NCBI GenBank assembly: GCA_951406725.2
Contig: OX597816.1
Coordinates: forward strand, 130,324,001-130,388,000
DNA length: 64,000 bases
Source of the DNA: Octopus vulgaris
Taxonomy: Eukaryota
Direction of reading: 5' to 3'
A program made the translations under genes and the position numbers. The notes under the pieces were generated by a model that was given only the letters and a program-made list of their open reading frames with translations, was not told the origin of the DNA and searched no databases. Shown here one piece after another: positions 62,660 through 64,000 of the stretch (position 1 is the first letter of the stretch; every line of letters begins with the position of its first letter).

Positions 62660-63370
62660 TATTCTTTTCTGTTCTAGGCACAAGGCCCGACATTTTTGGG
62701 GAGGGGACCAGTTGATCAGATCGACCTCAGTAAACAACTGATACTTAATTTATCGACCCCAGTATACAACTGGTATTTAATTTATCAACACCGGAAAGGA
62801 TGAAAGGCAAAGTCAACCTTGACGGAATTTGAACTCAGAATGTAAAGACAGACGAAATATGGCTAAGCATTTTGCCCAGCGTGCTAACGTTTCTGCCAGC
62901 TCTCCGCCTTTACACTGCATATTATATTGGAAAGATTAAGACAGCAAGCTGGCAAAATTGTTACATGTTGGGTAAAATGCTTAGCAGCATTTCATCCATC
63001 TTTATGTTCTGAGTTAAAATTCTGCCAAGGTCGACTTTACCTTTCATCCTTTCAGGGTCAATAAAATAAGTACCAGTTAAGCACTGGGATCAACGTAATT
63101 AACTACTCCCACCTTCGAACATGCTGGCCTTGTGCCAAAATTTGAAATTATTATGTTCTTTCCTACTCTAGGCACAAGGCCTGAAATTTTTAGGGAGGGG
63201 ATCTGTCAATTAGATTGACCCAGTATGCAACTGGTACTTAATTTATCGACCTCCGAAAGGATGAAAGGCAAAGTCGACCTTGGTGGAATTTGAACTCAGA
63301 ACGCAAAGACAGTCGAAATACGGCTAAGCATTTTGCTCAGCATGCTAACGTTTCTGCCAACTCGCCGTCC
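62660..63370. mobile_element. Cluster of three family-B SINEs in alternating orientation (-,+,-)
   Basis: About 62665-62910 minus, 62940-63148 plus and 63160-63370 minus. They share aggatgaaaggcaaagtc.acctt..cggaatttgaactcagaa. Confidence 0.85.
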
Positions 63371-63668
63371 TTTGAAACTATTAAAAAAAAAATTTTTTAC
63401 CCCCCCCCCCCCATCCTCTTTCGGCTACGGAGAATACGAATCTGCAAAAAAATTGGCAAAAATCGGCATTCTGAAATTATCCCCCTCCCTACTTCTTCAT
63501 TTTAAACTTTTTCAGAATTTTTTTTTCAAAATATGTGGAAAAATACAGAGATTATTATGATTCTGAGAAAATTTCTGTAAAATTTATTTTCGAAATTTTT
63601 TTTCTTTTCAAAATATGCAGAAAAATACGGAGATTATGATTCTGAAAAAAAATTTCCAAGCATTTTTC

Positions 63669-63729
63669 TGGTTAGGGTTAGGATTTTAGGGTTACGGTTA
63701 GGGTTTTAAGGTGTTGGGGTTTAGGGTTA
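63669..63729 (+). repeat. Degenerate interstitial (TTAGGG)-like tract
   Basis: ggttagggttaggattttagggttacggttagggttttaaggtgttggggtttagggtta. Confidence 0.65.
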
Positions 63730-64000
63730 CAGAAAAAAGTGAAAAATGAAGAAATTGGGGAGAAGGTGGGGCCAAGAAATTCCACAGTGCCGCTTTTTGA
63801 CAATTTTCCGGTATCTCCGTATCCGAAAACTGGGGTTTTTCGCAACCTCCACCAAATATTTGCGAGGAAATGGTGGTGGTGGTGGTGGGGACGGGAGGTA
63901 GTCTTTCCGAATTAATGCTTGGGATCAATTCCCACTTTTAGTACTATGAATGCGTAAACGTTGGTGTAGATTCAAATTTTATAAATTTACAATTTCTTTT

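Overview
AT-rich, repeat-dense eukaryotic (metazoan) genomic DNA. The repeat families and microsatellite load resemble a coleoid cephalopod (octopus) genome, which is an inference. Two spliced genes lie on the minus strand. TRIP13/PCH2 (AAA+ ATPase) has 8 coding exons from 18984 to 2545 (337 codons), and its 3' exons were not found in the window. HSD17B10 is complete, with 5 exons from 38210 to 26876 (259 aa). A third, unidentified plus-strand gene appears to begin around 49.7-51.8 kb. The rest is mostly transposable elements: a young 5'-truncated RTE LINE with an unbroken ORF, older RTE copies, tRNA-derived SINEs, hAT and piggyBac MITEs, a DD37D mariner-like element, and Tigger, Gypsy and Penelope relics. 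The most notable signals are (1) a variable-copy tandem array of predicted H-type pseudoknot/hairpin modules in the RTE 3' UTR, (2) a PHD finger inside the RTE ORF, (3) a minimal type I hammerhead ribozyme between the two genes, (4) an exact CDE/CHR element upstream of TRIP13, (5) a duplicated HSD17B10 exon fragment that could act as a poison exon, and (6) several long palindromes centred on (TA)n. Most ORFs in the supplied track are spurious. All calls were made by eye, with no searches run.
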